Shown one piece after another: positions 48,474 to 58,007 of a stretch of 64,000 nt of DNA (position 1 is its first letter; the number at the start of each line of letters is the position of its first letter). A program made the translations under genes and the position numbers. The notes under the pieces were generated by a model. The model was not told where the DNA came from and did not search any database. It saw nothing but the letters and a program-made list of their open reading frames with translations. The DNA is from an uncultured delta proteobacterium (GTDB lineage Bacteria; Desulfobacterota; Binatia; UBA9968), in contig CAVSLC010000013.1 in assembly GCA_963728565.1 (NCBI GenBank), positions 1-64,000 on the forward strand, in the 5' to 3' direction.

Positions 48474-49685
48474 ATGAATCTTACGTATAAAGAGCATTTC
48501 GGCCTCAGACAAGAACCGTTCAATATCACCGCCGACCCGGCTTTTCTCTATCTGAGCAGAAGCCATCGTGAGGCTCTGGCGCAACTCTCATATGGCATCA
48601 AAGCCCGTAAAGGCTTTGTCGTTTTAACAGGCGAGGTTGGCACCGGCAAAACCACTCTTATCAACGGCCTGCTGGACGAACTCGATAGCGATACCCAAAC
48701 CGCTCTCATCTTTAGTCACATCGCCAACCCATTTGATCTTCTCCGTTACACCTGTAACGAGTTCGGTCTTAGATCGCCGCAGCACTCGCGCAATGATTTC
48801 TACGAGTACCTGGCTCTGCTCAATGATTATTTGTTTGAAAGTTACCGTTCTGGCAAAAACTGCGCACTGATCATCGATGAAGCACAGAATCTCTCACCAG
48901 AAGTTTTGGAAAGCGTGCGGTTATTGTCAAACTTTGAGACCTCCAAGGACAAGCTATTGCAGATTCTCCTTGTCGGACAGCCGGAATTATCCGACCGCCT
49001 TAACTCCCAGGAACTGCGGCAGCTCAAACAGCGGGTAACTGTGCGTTACCAGTTGCGTTCTCTGACCTTGAAAGAATGCCAAGCATATATCTCCAGTAGA
49101 TTACAAGTGGCGGGTGGCGACCCGCTGCTTTTCACGCCTAAAGCCGTGGAGGTTGTTTACGCATGCTCACAAGGAATTCCCAGAGTGATCAATGTGATCT
49201 GTGATGGCGCGCTGATGACAGCGTACGGTTTAAGAAAGACCTACATCGATGATTCGTTAATCCGGCAAGTTGCGGAAGATCTTCAAATAGGGGGTACGGT
49301 CTTCTCGGGCGAGAAGATTACGAGGGAAACGACTAATTCAACGCCGCCGATAAGGAGGGAGATACCATCACAGCCTCAGGAGGTTTCTGAGCCGAGTTTG
49401 CAACAGCCGTCCGTGAAACCATTAAAATCCGCGGCAACACGGAGCGGCGTTGTACCTCGTATAATCTTGGACGAACTAAGTTTGATACTCGTGGATGCCA
49501 TGGGGCCAATGGCATCGATCGTATTGAAGGATCGAGTGGCTAGTCTCGGGGAATCTCTCGATCGATTTCCGGAGGAAAAGCTAAAAGGACTGATCGAGCT
49601 TGTCAGTAATGAGATATTGGATCCATCGATGCGGCAAGATTTTAAGAACCTTGTTCAGGAACGCGTCATGCCGCGGGTCGATTAG
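48474..49685 (+). CDS. ExeA-family AAA ATPase
   Basis: YKEHFGLRQEPF, GEVGTGKTT, LIIDEAQNL, LVGQPEL, GIPRVINVICD. Confidence 0.9.
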   Translation: MNLTYKEHFGLRQEPFNITADPAFLYLSRSHREALAQLSYGIKARKGFVVLTGEVGTGKTTLINGLLDELDSDTQTALIFSHIANPFDLLRYTCNEFGLRSPQHSRNDFYEYLALLNDYLFESYRSGKNCALIIDEAQNLSPEVLESVRLLSNFETSKDKLLQILLVGQPELSDRLNSQELRQLKQRVTVRYQLRSLTLKECQAYISSRLQVAGGDPLLFTPKAVEVVYACSQGIPRVINVICDGALMTAYGLRKTYIDDSLIRQVAEDLQIGGTVFSGEKITRETTNSTPPIRREIPSQPQEVSEPSLQQPSVKPLKSAATRSGVVPRIILDELSLILVDAMGPMASIVLKDRVASLGESLDRFPEEKLKGLIELVSNEILDPSMRQDFKNLVQERVMPRVD

Positions 49686-49924
49686 ATTAGCATCAGGCCA
49701 CAACCCCCCGCCCGTCTGTCATTGTCTCAAACATAAGAACTACATCTTCTCATCGCCTTGGTAATGGGCCTGCCATATTCCTCCCCGCTACCCGAATTCC
49801 TGCCGGCGCTGTCCCGGTAATTAAGCCTGCCCTTGCGCTCTGCCCGATATATGTTTCGCCGCTTACCGGATTACTATCGGATCGCACAGTACGCTCCACA
49901 CTCGTATGCATTCACAGTGATGCC

Positions 49925-49933
49925 TGCTATAAT
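49925..49933 (+). promoter_or_regulatory. Extended -10 promoter (TGcTATAAT)
   Basis: Exact TGnTATAAT 57 nt upstream of ATG 49991. Confidence 0.45.
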
Positions 49934-49990
49934 TCTTCTCATTCAGTAAATCTTAGGCTCGACTGACATCAAGCAAACGGCGGTTAAGGC

Positions 49991-50932
49991 ATGGCAGATC
50001 GTTACCTCATCACTGGCGGTGCGGGTTTTATTGGCTCTCATTTAGTGAAGCATGTTCTCGGTGCCGGCGGCGCCGTGCGGGTTGTGGATAATCTGTCCAC
50101 CGGCTCCGCTAAGCGACTCAATCAGATCCGTGACTCGGTGCAATTCGTGACGGGTGATTTGGCCGATAATTCCGTTGCTGCAGAAGTTGTCAAGGACGTG
50201 GACTATGTTTTACATCAGGCCGCCGTTCCATCTGTGCAGCGATCCGTTGTCGATCCAGTCGGTACCAACCGGTCCAATGTTACAGCCACTCTAAATCTCC
50301 TGGAAAACTCTCGGAAGGCGGGAGTTCGCCGCTTCGTCTATGCCGCTTCCTCTTCAGCTTACGGGGACACTGAGGTTCTGCCGAAAAGCGAAGAAATGCC
50401 GGCGAATCCACTTTCGCCCTATGCGTTACAGAAATGGGTAGGGGAGCGTTATTGCAAACTCTATCATGAACTTTATGGTCTCGAGACTGTCAGCCTGAGG
50501 TACTTCAACGTCTTCGGTCCCGGGCAAGATCCTTACTCAGAATATTCGGCTGTGATTCCCAAGTTTACTACCAAGCTCTTAGCTAAAGAGCCTATCACCG
50601 TCTATGGAGACGGTGAGCAGTCACGGGATTTCACCTACATCGATAATGTTATCCAAGCCAACTTGCTTGCGTTGCGCGCGCCGAATGCACCTGGGGAAGT
50701 TTGCAACATCGGCTGCGGCCAGCGCCTTAGCCTAAATCAGCTAATTCAAATTCTGGAAAAACTTCTGAAAGTTCGGGCGCAGGTCACTTACGCTCCGGCT
50801 AAGCCGGGCGATGTGCGTCATTCCTTGGCGGACATCACCAAGGCCACACGGGTCCTCGGATACGTTCCGGAAACCGAAATAGAGGAAGGACTAAGGAGAA
50901 CAGTCGAAGCACTCGTGAAATCCAACGACTGA
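49991..50932 (+). CDS. UDP-GlcNAc/UDP-glucose 4-epimerase-type SDR (WbpP/TviC-like)
   Basis: TGGAGFIGS, HQAAVPSVQRS, YALQK, LRYFNVFGPGQDP. Confidence 0.9.
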   Translation: MADRYLITGGAGFIGSHLVKHVLGAGGAVRVVDNLSTGSAKRLNQIRDSVQFVTGDLADNSVAAEVVKDVDYVLHQAAVPSVQRSVVDPVGTNRSNVTATLNLLENSRKAGVRRFVYAASSSAYGDTEVLPKSEEMPANPLSPYALQKWVGERYCKLYHELYGLETVSLRYFNVFGPGQDPYSEYSAVIPKFTTKLLAKEPITVYGDGEQSRDFTYIDNVIQANLLALRAPNAPGEVCNIGCGQRLSLNQLIQILEKLLKVRAQVTYAPAKPGDVRHSLADITKATRVLGYVPETEIEEGLRRTVEALVKSND

Positions 50933-50975
50933 TGTGAGCGATCGCTCAACAACACTCAGGGGATCGTGTTTAATC

Positions 50976-51785
50976 CTAAGACAAATGCTTCCGGTAGATG
51001 TCGGTTCTGCGGTTCTGCAGGAGCGGCAGCTTTGCGCGGGTGTCGTGAACTAGATTAAAGTCGATCTCAATGATTTCTACGCCTTCTCGCTCGCCAAGAT
51101 CCACTACTGTCCGACCTAACGGATCGACGATCATGCTGCGACCAATGTAGATATTGCCCACCTGATCCGGCGCGATGACGTAGCAGCCGCTTTCGAGAGC
51201 TCGGGCGCGGATCATGGTTTGCCAGTGATCCACTTTCAATTCGCCTTGCACCCAACCAGACGGCGCCAGCAGTATGTTCGCCCCTGATAAGGCCAGCATG
51301 CGCCCCATCTCGGGAAATCGAAGATCATAGCAGATCATCATGCCGTAACAGCCATCCTTGAACGTCACCGGCGGTGTCAGGTCGACGCCAGCGGCAAATT
51401 TGTCGGACTCCCGGAAACCGAAGGCGTCGTACAAGTGCAGCTTGCGGTAAACAGCCGCAATATTGCCCTCAGTATCGATCCACAGAGCGCTGTCGTACAC
51501 ACGATCAGGAATAGAGCAGGTCTCGTAGATCGTCGCTACGATCGCGGTACGCGTTGCTTTAGCCGCTTCCTTCAGTGCTGTTACAAAATAGCCTTGAAGC
51601 GGCTCGGCAACTTGGGCGAGCTCCTTAGCTGTCTGACTGGCCGGTGAAAACGCCATTAAGAATTCGGGAAAGGCAACCAGATCGGCGCCGCCGCTGTTGC
51701 TATCTTTGACCAGCTCGAGAGCTCTGCGTAGATTTTCTCTTTTGTCCGTTGACGACTGGATTTGGACTATGGCCACTTTGCTCAT
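50976..51785 (-). CDS. Carbon-nitrogen hydrolase (Nit1-like amidase)
   Basis: FPE, YRKLHLYD, ICYDLRFPE catalytic triad, RARALE. Confidence 0.9.
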   Translation of the reverse strand: MSKVAIVQIQSSTDKRENLRRALELVKDSNSGGADLVAFPEFLMAFSPASQTAKELAQVAEPLQGYFVTALKEAAKATRTAIVATIYETCSIPDRVYDSALWIDTEGNIAAVYRKLHLYDAFGFRESDKFAAGVDLTPPVTFKDGCYGMMICYDLRFPEMGRMLALSGANILLAPSGWVQGELKVDHWQTMIRARALESGCYVIAPDQVGNIYIGRSMIVDPLGRTVVDLGEREGVEIIEIDFNLVHDTRAKLPLLQNRRTDIYRKHLS

Positions 51786-51877
51786 GTGAAATTGCTTTCC
51801 ATTTTCGACTGATAATCAGGATCTTGCAGTCAGGACCAGTCGAGACAAGCTATACTCCTCACGCGTTCCCACCCCCT

Positions 51878-52933
51878 TTACACCTCAAGCTTTTGCCCTG
51901 CCTGTTTTTTCCTTGCTTTCTCCAAAACCAGCGCACCTAGAGCCACATCGGCGACGCCCTGGCCGGCATTGTTCTTGTAGAGACTGATCTGGTCGGCGCG
52001 GGTGCGGCCGTCATCTTGGCCGGCAAGGATGGCGCCGATCTCAATCAACTGTTCCCACTTGATGACGCCGCGGCTGACCGGATCGAAGATATCGGCCTGC
52101 TCGTCCTGGATCGCCTGTTGAACTGAAACGATGCCCCGCACGTGACTGCGCGCGAGGGTGGCGTCATCGATCTCACGCCGTTTGGCGGCGGTAAAGCCGC
52201 CCTTGACCAAACCGACGTTGCTGCCGACGATGGTCGTGACATGCTGGCCTGGCTCGAGCCAATTGCCGTCAAATACCGGAACGCTCGAGTTGGTTGCCGC
52301 TAATATGATGTCTACTCCGCGAACCGCCTCCTGTGGCGACGATACCGGTGTAATGTTGAGATTAGTCAGCGGCCCCATCTCGTCGGCGAAGCGTTTTCGG
52401 TTCTCCGGATTGCGACTATAAACCTTCACATTTTTGAGCTTGCGGACCTGCATGAGCGCGAGCAGGTGGTTTTTTGCCTGACCGGCCGCGCCAAAAATGC
52501 CAAGGGCTGAAGCGTCCTGGCGCGCCAACAAATCAGTCCCCACCGCGCTGGTGGCCGCCGTGCGCAGGCCGGTCACGGCAATGTTGTTGGGCAGCTCCGA
52601 ACAGGTGATCTCACCGATAATGATTCCTTTGAGCTCGCCTTCGGCGGCATCGTAGAGCACGATTACCGGATGGTTGAGCCGCGGATAAACCTGCTCTTCG
52701 GCCATGGGTTTGACCCATTCGCAATGGGTCATCAGGCCAGTGGCTCCCGCTGCCGGGACGCCACCCTGATGCACGCTTACGCGCACACCAGTGGGAATGT
52801 GAATCCGTCGCCGCGGCGCATTTAGCTGAGGATTCTCGCCCCACTGACGAAAACCTGTGCGAACCGCTTCGACGGCTTCGGCCATTGTCACGATACCTCT
52901 GATTTCGTGCGGGCTGACGAGGATGGTTTCCAT
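51878..52933 (-). CDS. Ornithine cyclodeaminase / mu-crystallin family protein
   Basis: TGLRTAATSA, GAAGQA, AATNS, PGQHV, GVADVA. Confidence 0.88.
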   Translation of the reverse strand: METILVSPHEIRGIVTMAEAVEAVRTGFRQWGENPQLNAPRRRIHIPTGVRVSVHQGGVPAAGATGLMTHCEWVKPMAEEQVYPRLNHPVIVLYDAAEGELKGIIIGEITCSELPNNIAVTGLRTAATSAVGTDLLARQDASALGIFGAAGQAKNHLLALMQVRKLKNVKVYSRNPENRKRFADEMGPLTNLNITPVSSPQEAVRGVDIILAATNSSVPVFDGNWLEPGQHVTTIVGSNVGLVKGGFTAAKRREIDDATLARSHVRGIVSVQQAIQDEQADIFDPVSRGVIKWEQLIEIGAILAGQDDGRTRADQISLYKNNAGQGVADVALGALVLEKARKKQAGQKLEV

Positions 52934-52971
52934 CTATTCTCCTATTGGGCTGCGGTTCGAATCAGAGCGCT

Positions 52972-53532
52972 CTACAATGTGCAGGCTACGGCGGGACGGG
53001 CCAGGAGTTCCTCTCCCCAACGCTGTAGGTTCGGATAATTATCGCCGATAGTGACGCCGTATCTTTTGCGCCGCGTATAAAAAGGAATGAAGGAAACATC
53101 GGCCAGCGAATAGTCGCCGAGGATGAAGCGCTTGCCGTTCATTTCGTTTTCGAGGGTACTGAGATGCTGCTGCAGCCGTTGCCGCGCTTGATCGGGCTCT
53201 CGATCGTGGGTGATATCGCTGGCCGCCGGGTGAACGCGACTGTTTAGGAAGTCGATCCAGATCCTCGCTTTGGCCCTTTGCAACGCATTGTTCGGGAGCA
53301 GCGTTAACCCGTTAAATTTTTCATCGAGATACTCGTTGATGATCGCGGATTCGTAAATCACTCCGGCGCCGTCGACAAGCACCGGAACTTTGGCATAGGG
53401 ATTCAGCTCGAGCAAATCCTTCGGTTTGTTTTTCAAATCGACTTCCACGAGCTCATACGAAATCTTCTTTTCAGAAAGGACAATCCTTGTCCTGTGCGCA
53501 TAAGGTCAGGTATGACAGGAATACAGTTGCAC
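52972..53532 (-). CDS. Glutathione S-transferase, probable selenoprotein (Sec at codon 9, TGA 53508-53506)
   Basis: RBS AAGGAGGT then GTG: MQLYSCHT-TGA-PYAHRTRIVLSEKK...LNPYAKVPVL...YESAIINEYLDE. Confidence 0.85.
53477..53493 (-). promoter_or_regulatory. Bacterial SECIS-like hairpin of the GST gene
   Basis: AGGACAA-GGA-TTGTCCT, a perfect 7-bp stem whose G-first loop follows the UGA after 19 intervening nt. Confidence 0.7.
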
Positions 53533-53569
53533 GGGATACCTCCTTTGTTGAGGTCCATATCAACTGGGT

Positions 53570-53668
53570 GCAAATCGTTCAAGTCGTTCAAGCAAAGCAA
53601 ATTGCCGGATAGGCAAATCGAAAGCGCTCATTGTTGCTTGGCGGGTTTGAACGCGTTCATCGATTTGC
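53570..53668. repeat. ~100-bp element with imperfect 24-bp terminal inverted repeats
   Basis: GCAAATCGTTCAAGTCGTTCAAGC versus reverse complement GCAAATCGATGAACGCGTTCAAAC, 19/24 by hand. Confidence 0.45.
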
Positions 53669-54463
53669 CGATTGAAGCCGATTCTGCAAAGCGTCGCCCA
53701 GCAGATTGAGGCTCAATACCGTAAGCATGATTGCCAAACCCGGGTAAGTTGTCAGATGGGGCGCTACCAGTAGAAATTGCCTCCCTTCGTTCAGCATCGA
53801 ACCCCACGAGGCGGTCGGCGGTTCAACGCCTAAACCTAAAAAGCTCAGACTTCCTTCGGCTGTTATCGCCGCTGCCAGGCCGAAGGTCGCTTGTATGAGA
53901 AGCGGCGGAAGAAGGTTGGGGATTAAATGAAAGATGATGACCCGGGCGGGACTGCAGCCTAGGGCGCGCGCTGCCTGGACATACTCCTGTCCTCTTGAGC
54001 TCAGAATTTCCCCGCGGACCAGCCGCGCGTAACCGGTCCAGCCGATCAGACAGAGCGCAAGGATTACATGATTAAGGCCGGGTCCCAGCAGGGCAGTAAA
54101 AGCGATGGCAAGAAGAATGCCGGGAAACGCCAGAAGAATATCCACGGAGCGCATGAGCAGTTGATCGATCCAGCCGCCGAAATAGCCGGAGACCGAGCCG
54201 ATGAAGAGGCCGATGGAAATCGATACTCCCACGGTACTGATGCCGACCAGGAGGGAGATGCGGCTACCGAATATCGCTCGACTCAATATATCCCGACCGA
54301 GTTTGTCCGTTCCGAGCGGATGATCGGGAGTAAACACCTTCAGGTCATTTCCCAGGTTTTGCCGGTTTGGATTGTACGGCGCGAGATTGGGAGCAAACAT
54401 CGCGCACGCCACTATCAACGCCACTAGCATTCCGCCCACGTAAATCCAGAAATTATTGCTCAT
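53657..54463 (-). CDS. dppC: Peptide/nickel ABC transporter permease (DppC/OppC family)
   Basis: HPLGTDKLGRDILSR, EYVQAARALG, LSFLGLG. Confidence 0.85.
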   Translation of the reverse strand: MSNNFWIYVGGMLVALIVACAMFAPNLAPYNPNRQNLGNDLKVFTPDHPLGTDKLGRDILSRAIFGSRISLLVGISTVGVSISIGLFIGSVSGYFGGWIDQLLMRSVDILLAFPGILLAIAFTALLGPGLNHVILALCLIGWTGYARLVRGEILSSRGQEYVQAARALGCSPARVIIFHLIPNLLPPLLIQATFGLAAAITAEGSLSFLGLGVEPPTASWGSMLNEGRQFLLVAPHLTTYPGLAIMLTVLSLNLLGDALQNRLQSANR

Positions 54464-55376
54464 AGCTGATGCGAGGATCGACGGCACTGTAAGCAAGGTC
54501 AGTGATAAAATTGACAACGAGATATCCGGTGGCGACAACCAACACACAACCTTGCACGAGCGGATAGTCGCGTGTCTGAATGGCTTGGACGGTGAGCCGG
54601 CCAATTCCAGGCCACGAGAATATCGTTTCGGTAATAATCGAGCCGGCGAGAAGCGAGCCAAACTGCAGGCCGATAATGGATATCACCGGTATCAAGGCAT
54701 TGCGCAGCATGTGTTTCAACCAAACTACCGGCTCGCCAAGTCCCTTGGCGCGGGCGGTCTTAATAAAATCCAAGTTGACGATGCGCAGGAGGCTGGTGCG
54801 CAGAATGCGCGTAAGGATGGCCGCCATCGCCATTCCCAATGTGAGCGAGGGCAAAATCAGGTGTGCAAAGCCGCCGCGGCCGGAGACCGGCAGCCAGCCG
54901 AGTTGAATCGAAACCAGTATCATCAGCATTGGGCCCAACCAGAAGTTTGGTATTGAAAGCCCCAGAAGAGAAAAAAACAGCGCTAAACGGTCAATCCAAG
55001 AGTCGGGTTTAAGAGCGGCGAGTGTCGCAAGCGGAAATGCAATGACGAATGCGGCGATCATGGCGCAGATCGTCAGTTGGAACGTGGCCGGCAGCCGCGC
55101 AGCAATGAGTTTGCTAACTTCGGCGTTCTCGTAAAGAGAATATCCCAGATCCCCGCGCGATATATCGACGAGAAATCCGGTGTAACGAGTCAGCAGAGGC
55201 TGATCGAGACCGAGCTGGCGGCGTAGTTCTTCTTTGTCCGCGGCATTGGCGGTCTCCCCAAGCATCACTTCTACCGGATCTCCGGGAACAAGATTGATCA
55301 GGAAAAAAACCAACGTCAATGCGCCCAATAGTGTCGGAAGCAACAACAGCAGTCGATTTACAAAGTATCGCTTCAC
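54453..55376 (-). CDS. dppB: Peptide/nickel ABC transporter permease (DppB/OppB family)
   Basis: PGDPV, GDLGYS, TARAKGL, ETIFSWPGIG, RDYPLVQG; GTG start overlaps the upstream stop. Confidence 0.85.
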   Translation of the reverse strand: MKRYFVNRLLLLLPTLLGALTLVFFLINLVPGDPVEVMLGETANAADKEELRRQLGLDQPLLTRYTGFLVDISRGDLGYSLYENAEVSKLIAARLPATFQLTICAMIAAFVIAFPLATLAALKPDSWIDRLALFFSLLGLSIPNFWLGPMLMILVSIQLGWLPVSGRGGFAHLILPSLTLGMAMAAILTRILRTSLLRIVNLDFIKTARAKGLGEPVVWLKHMLRNALIPVISIIGLQFGSLLAGSIITETIFSWPGIGRLTVQAIQTRDYPLVQGCVLVVATGYLVVNFITDLAYSAVDPRISYEQ

Positions 55377-56956
55377 TGGAGGTGTGGCGCCTGGCGGAGT
55401 GATGAGCGTCTCAACGAGAACAAATCGCCATCCGGAGAAGGCGTAAAGCCAACAATCTCGGGCTTGCGCACGATTACGTTCTTCACCCACCACAGCGGAA
55501 TATACGGTAGATCTTCATGGATTATGTGCTGCACCTGGTGGTACAGTCCTTTTCGTCGTTCCGGATCAGACTCCCGCCGGCCCTGTTCGAGCAAGTCATC
55601 AATCCTAGGATTATTATATCCGCCGCGATTATCGCCGTTAGGAGGCAAACTCGATGAATGGAAGATGTTGTAATAGACGTCTGGGTCAGCTATGCCGACC
55701 CAAGCGAGCGAGTAAAGATGGAAGTTGCCTTTCTTGATATCGCTGTAAAACGTTCCCCACTCATAAGAGCGCACTTCGAGCTCGATGCCGACGCGGCTTA
55801 ATTGCTCTTTCAACGCTTCGGCAATTCTTCTGCGCAGATCGATGTTCGTGGTCTTAAAAGATAGCCTGAAGCGCGGCCGCGGACCGTCTCCATCGGGATC
55901 CGGATACCCCGCCTGGTCCAAGAGCCGCCGGGCTTTGGCGGGATCAAAAGGCCAACGCGGAACAGAGTCGTCGTGTGCCCAGTTAAGCGGCGACAGCAGC
56001 CCACTGGCTGCTGTCGCCTGGTCTTTGAGGATGTGCCGGATGATGCCGTCCCGATCGATGGAGTAGGCCAATGCCAGCCTGACCTCTCGGCGCTTCAGTA
56101 TGGGATGCGTAAGATTTATGCCGATGTACTGAAACGTAGTTCCCGGGTTTGTCTCGACGATTGCATCGGTATTCTTTACCAGCCATGGAAGAGTGTCGGG
56201 TTCGATATCGTTCTGCAAAAGCTGGATGGTTCCTTTTTTGAACTCTAGAACTCGAACGATGGCATCAGGCACAATTTGAAACGCCAGTCCCGCCAAGCGA
56301 GGTTTGCCCTCCCAGTAGGATGAGTTTGCTTTCAGGTACACTTTCTCTCCCAAATTTATCCCTGCCAGAGCAAATGGACCGGAACCGGGTGGTGCCTGAT
56401 CACTGCGATTCTCCCCCGGCCTCTCACTGTCAACTGGTACTATCCCAATCGTGCAGTGCTCAAGAAAAGGCGCGTGCGGCTCGGATAGATGAAAGCGGAT
56501 CTTTTGCGTTCCTAGCTGCTCAACGGATCTTAGAACCCGCAGAGGCCCGCGTTTCGGCGAACGATTGCGACGATCCATGATCGAATCATAGGTAAACTTG
56601 ACGTCCCGGGCTGTCAGGGCTCTGCCGTCGTGGAAGGTGACTCTGCTACGAATTTGGAAGTCATAGGTTTGTGCATCGATTACCGTCCACTGTTCGGCGA
56701 GGTCTCCTACCAAGCGCGATCTCTCATCCAGGCGAAGAAGCGAACTATAGATTAACGAGCTGATGCGGGCAGAGTTTGCGTCGGTAGCATAGCGAGGATC
56801 TAGATTGCCAGGGGTGCTCTCGATTCCAATTCCCAAATAGTCTAAAGGGGTTTTGGTTTCGGGTCCAGCCCTACAGCCGGTAAGTAGTAAGGTGACGATG
56901 ATCGTCCGTAAGCACAAGCGACAAACTTTCGAAGCAGACAACTTGAAAAGTCTCAC
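55373..56956 (-). CDS. dppA: ABC transporter substrate-binding lipoprotein (family 5, DppA-like)
   Basis: Lipobox LLTGC, FHDGRALTARDVKFT, GSGPF, VRLALAYSIDR. Confidence 0.8.
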   Translation of the reverse strand: MRLFKLSASKVCRLCLRTIIVTLLLTGCRAGPETKTPLDYLGIGIESTPGNLDPRYATDANSARISSLIYSSLLRLDERSRLVGDLAEQWTVIDAQTYDFQIRSRVTFHDGRALTARDVKFTYDSIMDRRNRSPKRGPLRVLRSVEQLGTQKIRFHLSEPHAPFLEHCTIGIVPVDSERPGENRSDQAPPGSGPFALAGINLGEKVYLKANSSYWEGKPRLAGLAFQIVPDAIVRVLEFKKGTIQLLQNDIEPDTLPWLVKNTDAIVETNPGTTFQYIGINLTHPILKRREVRLALAYSIDRDGIIRHILKDQATAASGLLSPLNWAHDDSVPRWPFDPAKARRLLDQAGYPDPDGDGPRPRFRLSFKTTNIDLRRRIAEALKEQLSRVGIELEVRSYEWGTFYSDIKKGNFHLYSLAWVGIADPDVYYNIFHSSSLPPNGDNRGGYNNPRIDDLLEQGRRESDPERRKGLYHQVQHIIHEDLPYIPLWWVKNVIVRKPEIVGFTPSPDGDLFSLRRSSLRQAPHLQ

Positions 56957-57063
56957 GTCAAATCTCGATGACCATATCGCTTTTAATGGAGCTGGTCAAT
57001 TTGATAACCAATTGCCGGCAGACGAGAAACTGATGCTGATCTCGGCCGATATAGCGCATCCCG

Positions 57064-57096
57064 GCAAGCCCTCGCAGCCAGCGGGCGAGGGCTTGC
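57064..57096. repeat. 12-bp perfect inverted repeat in the divergent intergenic region
   Basis: GCAAGCCCTCGC-N9-GCGAGGGCTTGC. Confidence 0.7.
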
Positions 57097-57147
57097 ACTC
57101 GTCGCTGGCCAGGAGCTCAGCCGTTCAGTTGCACTAAGTTGGCTCGC

Positions 57148-57175
57148 TTGAAGGTCGGAGAGGTTAGCTTATAAT
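57148..57175 (+). promoter_or_regulatory. Sigma70-type promoter of the ccsA-hem operon
   Basis: TTGAAG-16 nt-TATAAT. Confidence 0.55.
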
Positions 57176-57185
57176 GACCGACGGT

Positions 57186-58004
57186 ATGAGTTTGACCCTG
57201 ATTAAACTGACCGCAATACTTTACTTGATCGCGACGGGAAGTTTCATTTTCTACGTAGTTCGTCGAGACACCGTTTCCAGGCTGCCGCCGTTAATCTTGG
57301 GCGCAGGATTCGCCATTCACACGTTGGCGCTGAGTGCATATTTCATGCGGGAAGGATTTCCGGCGCTAACCGAAATGCGTGAAGCGCTACTATTTAAGAG
57401 CTGGTTGATGGTCGCCTGCTATCTTTTGATCCAGATCAAGTATCGACTTACCGTTCTCGGCGGGATCATTGCGCCGCTGGCATTTTTAATGTCTCTGGCC
57501 GGTATCGCCTTCGGCAGCGGCAGCGGAGAGATTCCGCCGGATCTGAAGACCTTTTGGTTGCCGCTTCATGTTACGTCGGCTTTTCTCGGCAACGCGGTGT
57601 TCGCCTTGGCGTTTGGCGTCAGCTTGATTTATCTCCTTCAGGAGCGCCATCTCAAACACAAACGTATGACCGCCTTGATGAAGCGCTTCCCATCGTTGGA
57701 ATCTCTCGATCGGCTCAACTATGTCTTACTCGGATGGGGCTTTCCGTTCATGACTTTAGGCATCGTTACGGGCAGCATGTGGGCGGGCATCTACTGGGGC
57801 AACTACTGGTCGTGGGAACCGCGGCAAATTTCATCAGGCATCGCTTGGTTGTTTTACGGCGCGCTTCTGCACGGTCGCGTCACCGCCGGTTTACGAGGCA
57901 AGAAGGCGGCCTTTCTCACGATAGTCGGTTTCACAGTGGTACTCGGTTATTTCTTGTGGGGAGATGCGATTTTCGCTGGCAGGCATGGAGGTCGGTTCGA
58001 ATAG
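57186..58004 (+). CDS. ccsA: Cytochrome c biogenesis CcsA / HemX-like membrane protein (start 57186 or 57174)
   Basis: PSLESLD, TGSMWAGIYWGNYWSWEPR (WWD domain), conserved His residues. Confidence 0.8.
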   Translation: MSLTLIKLTAILYLIATGSFIFYVVRRDTVSRLPPLILGAGFAIHTLALSAYFMREGFPALTEMREALLFKSWLMVACYLLIQIKYRLTVLGGIIAPLAFLMSLAGIAFGSGSGEIPPDLKTFWLPLHVTSAFLGNAVFALAFGVSLIYLLQERHLKHKRMTALMKRFPSLESLDRLNYVLLGWGFPFMTLGIVTGSMWAGIYWGNYWSWEPRQISSGIAWLFYGALLHGRVTAGLRGKKAAFLTIVGFTVVLGYFLWGDAIFAGRHGGRFE

Positions 58005-58007
58005 CTC

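Noticed and set aside
50935-50948. Palindrome TGAGCGATCGCTCA between convergent genes as a terminator
   Set aside because: Short stem and no U-tract on either strand.
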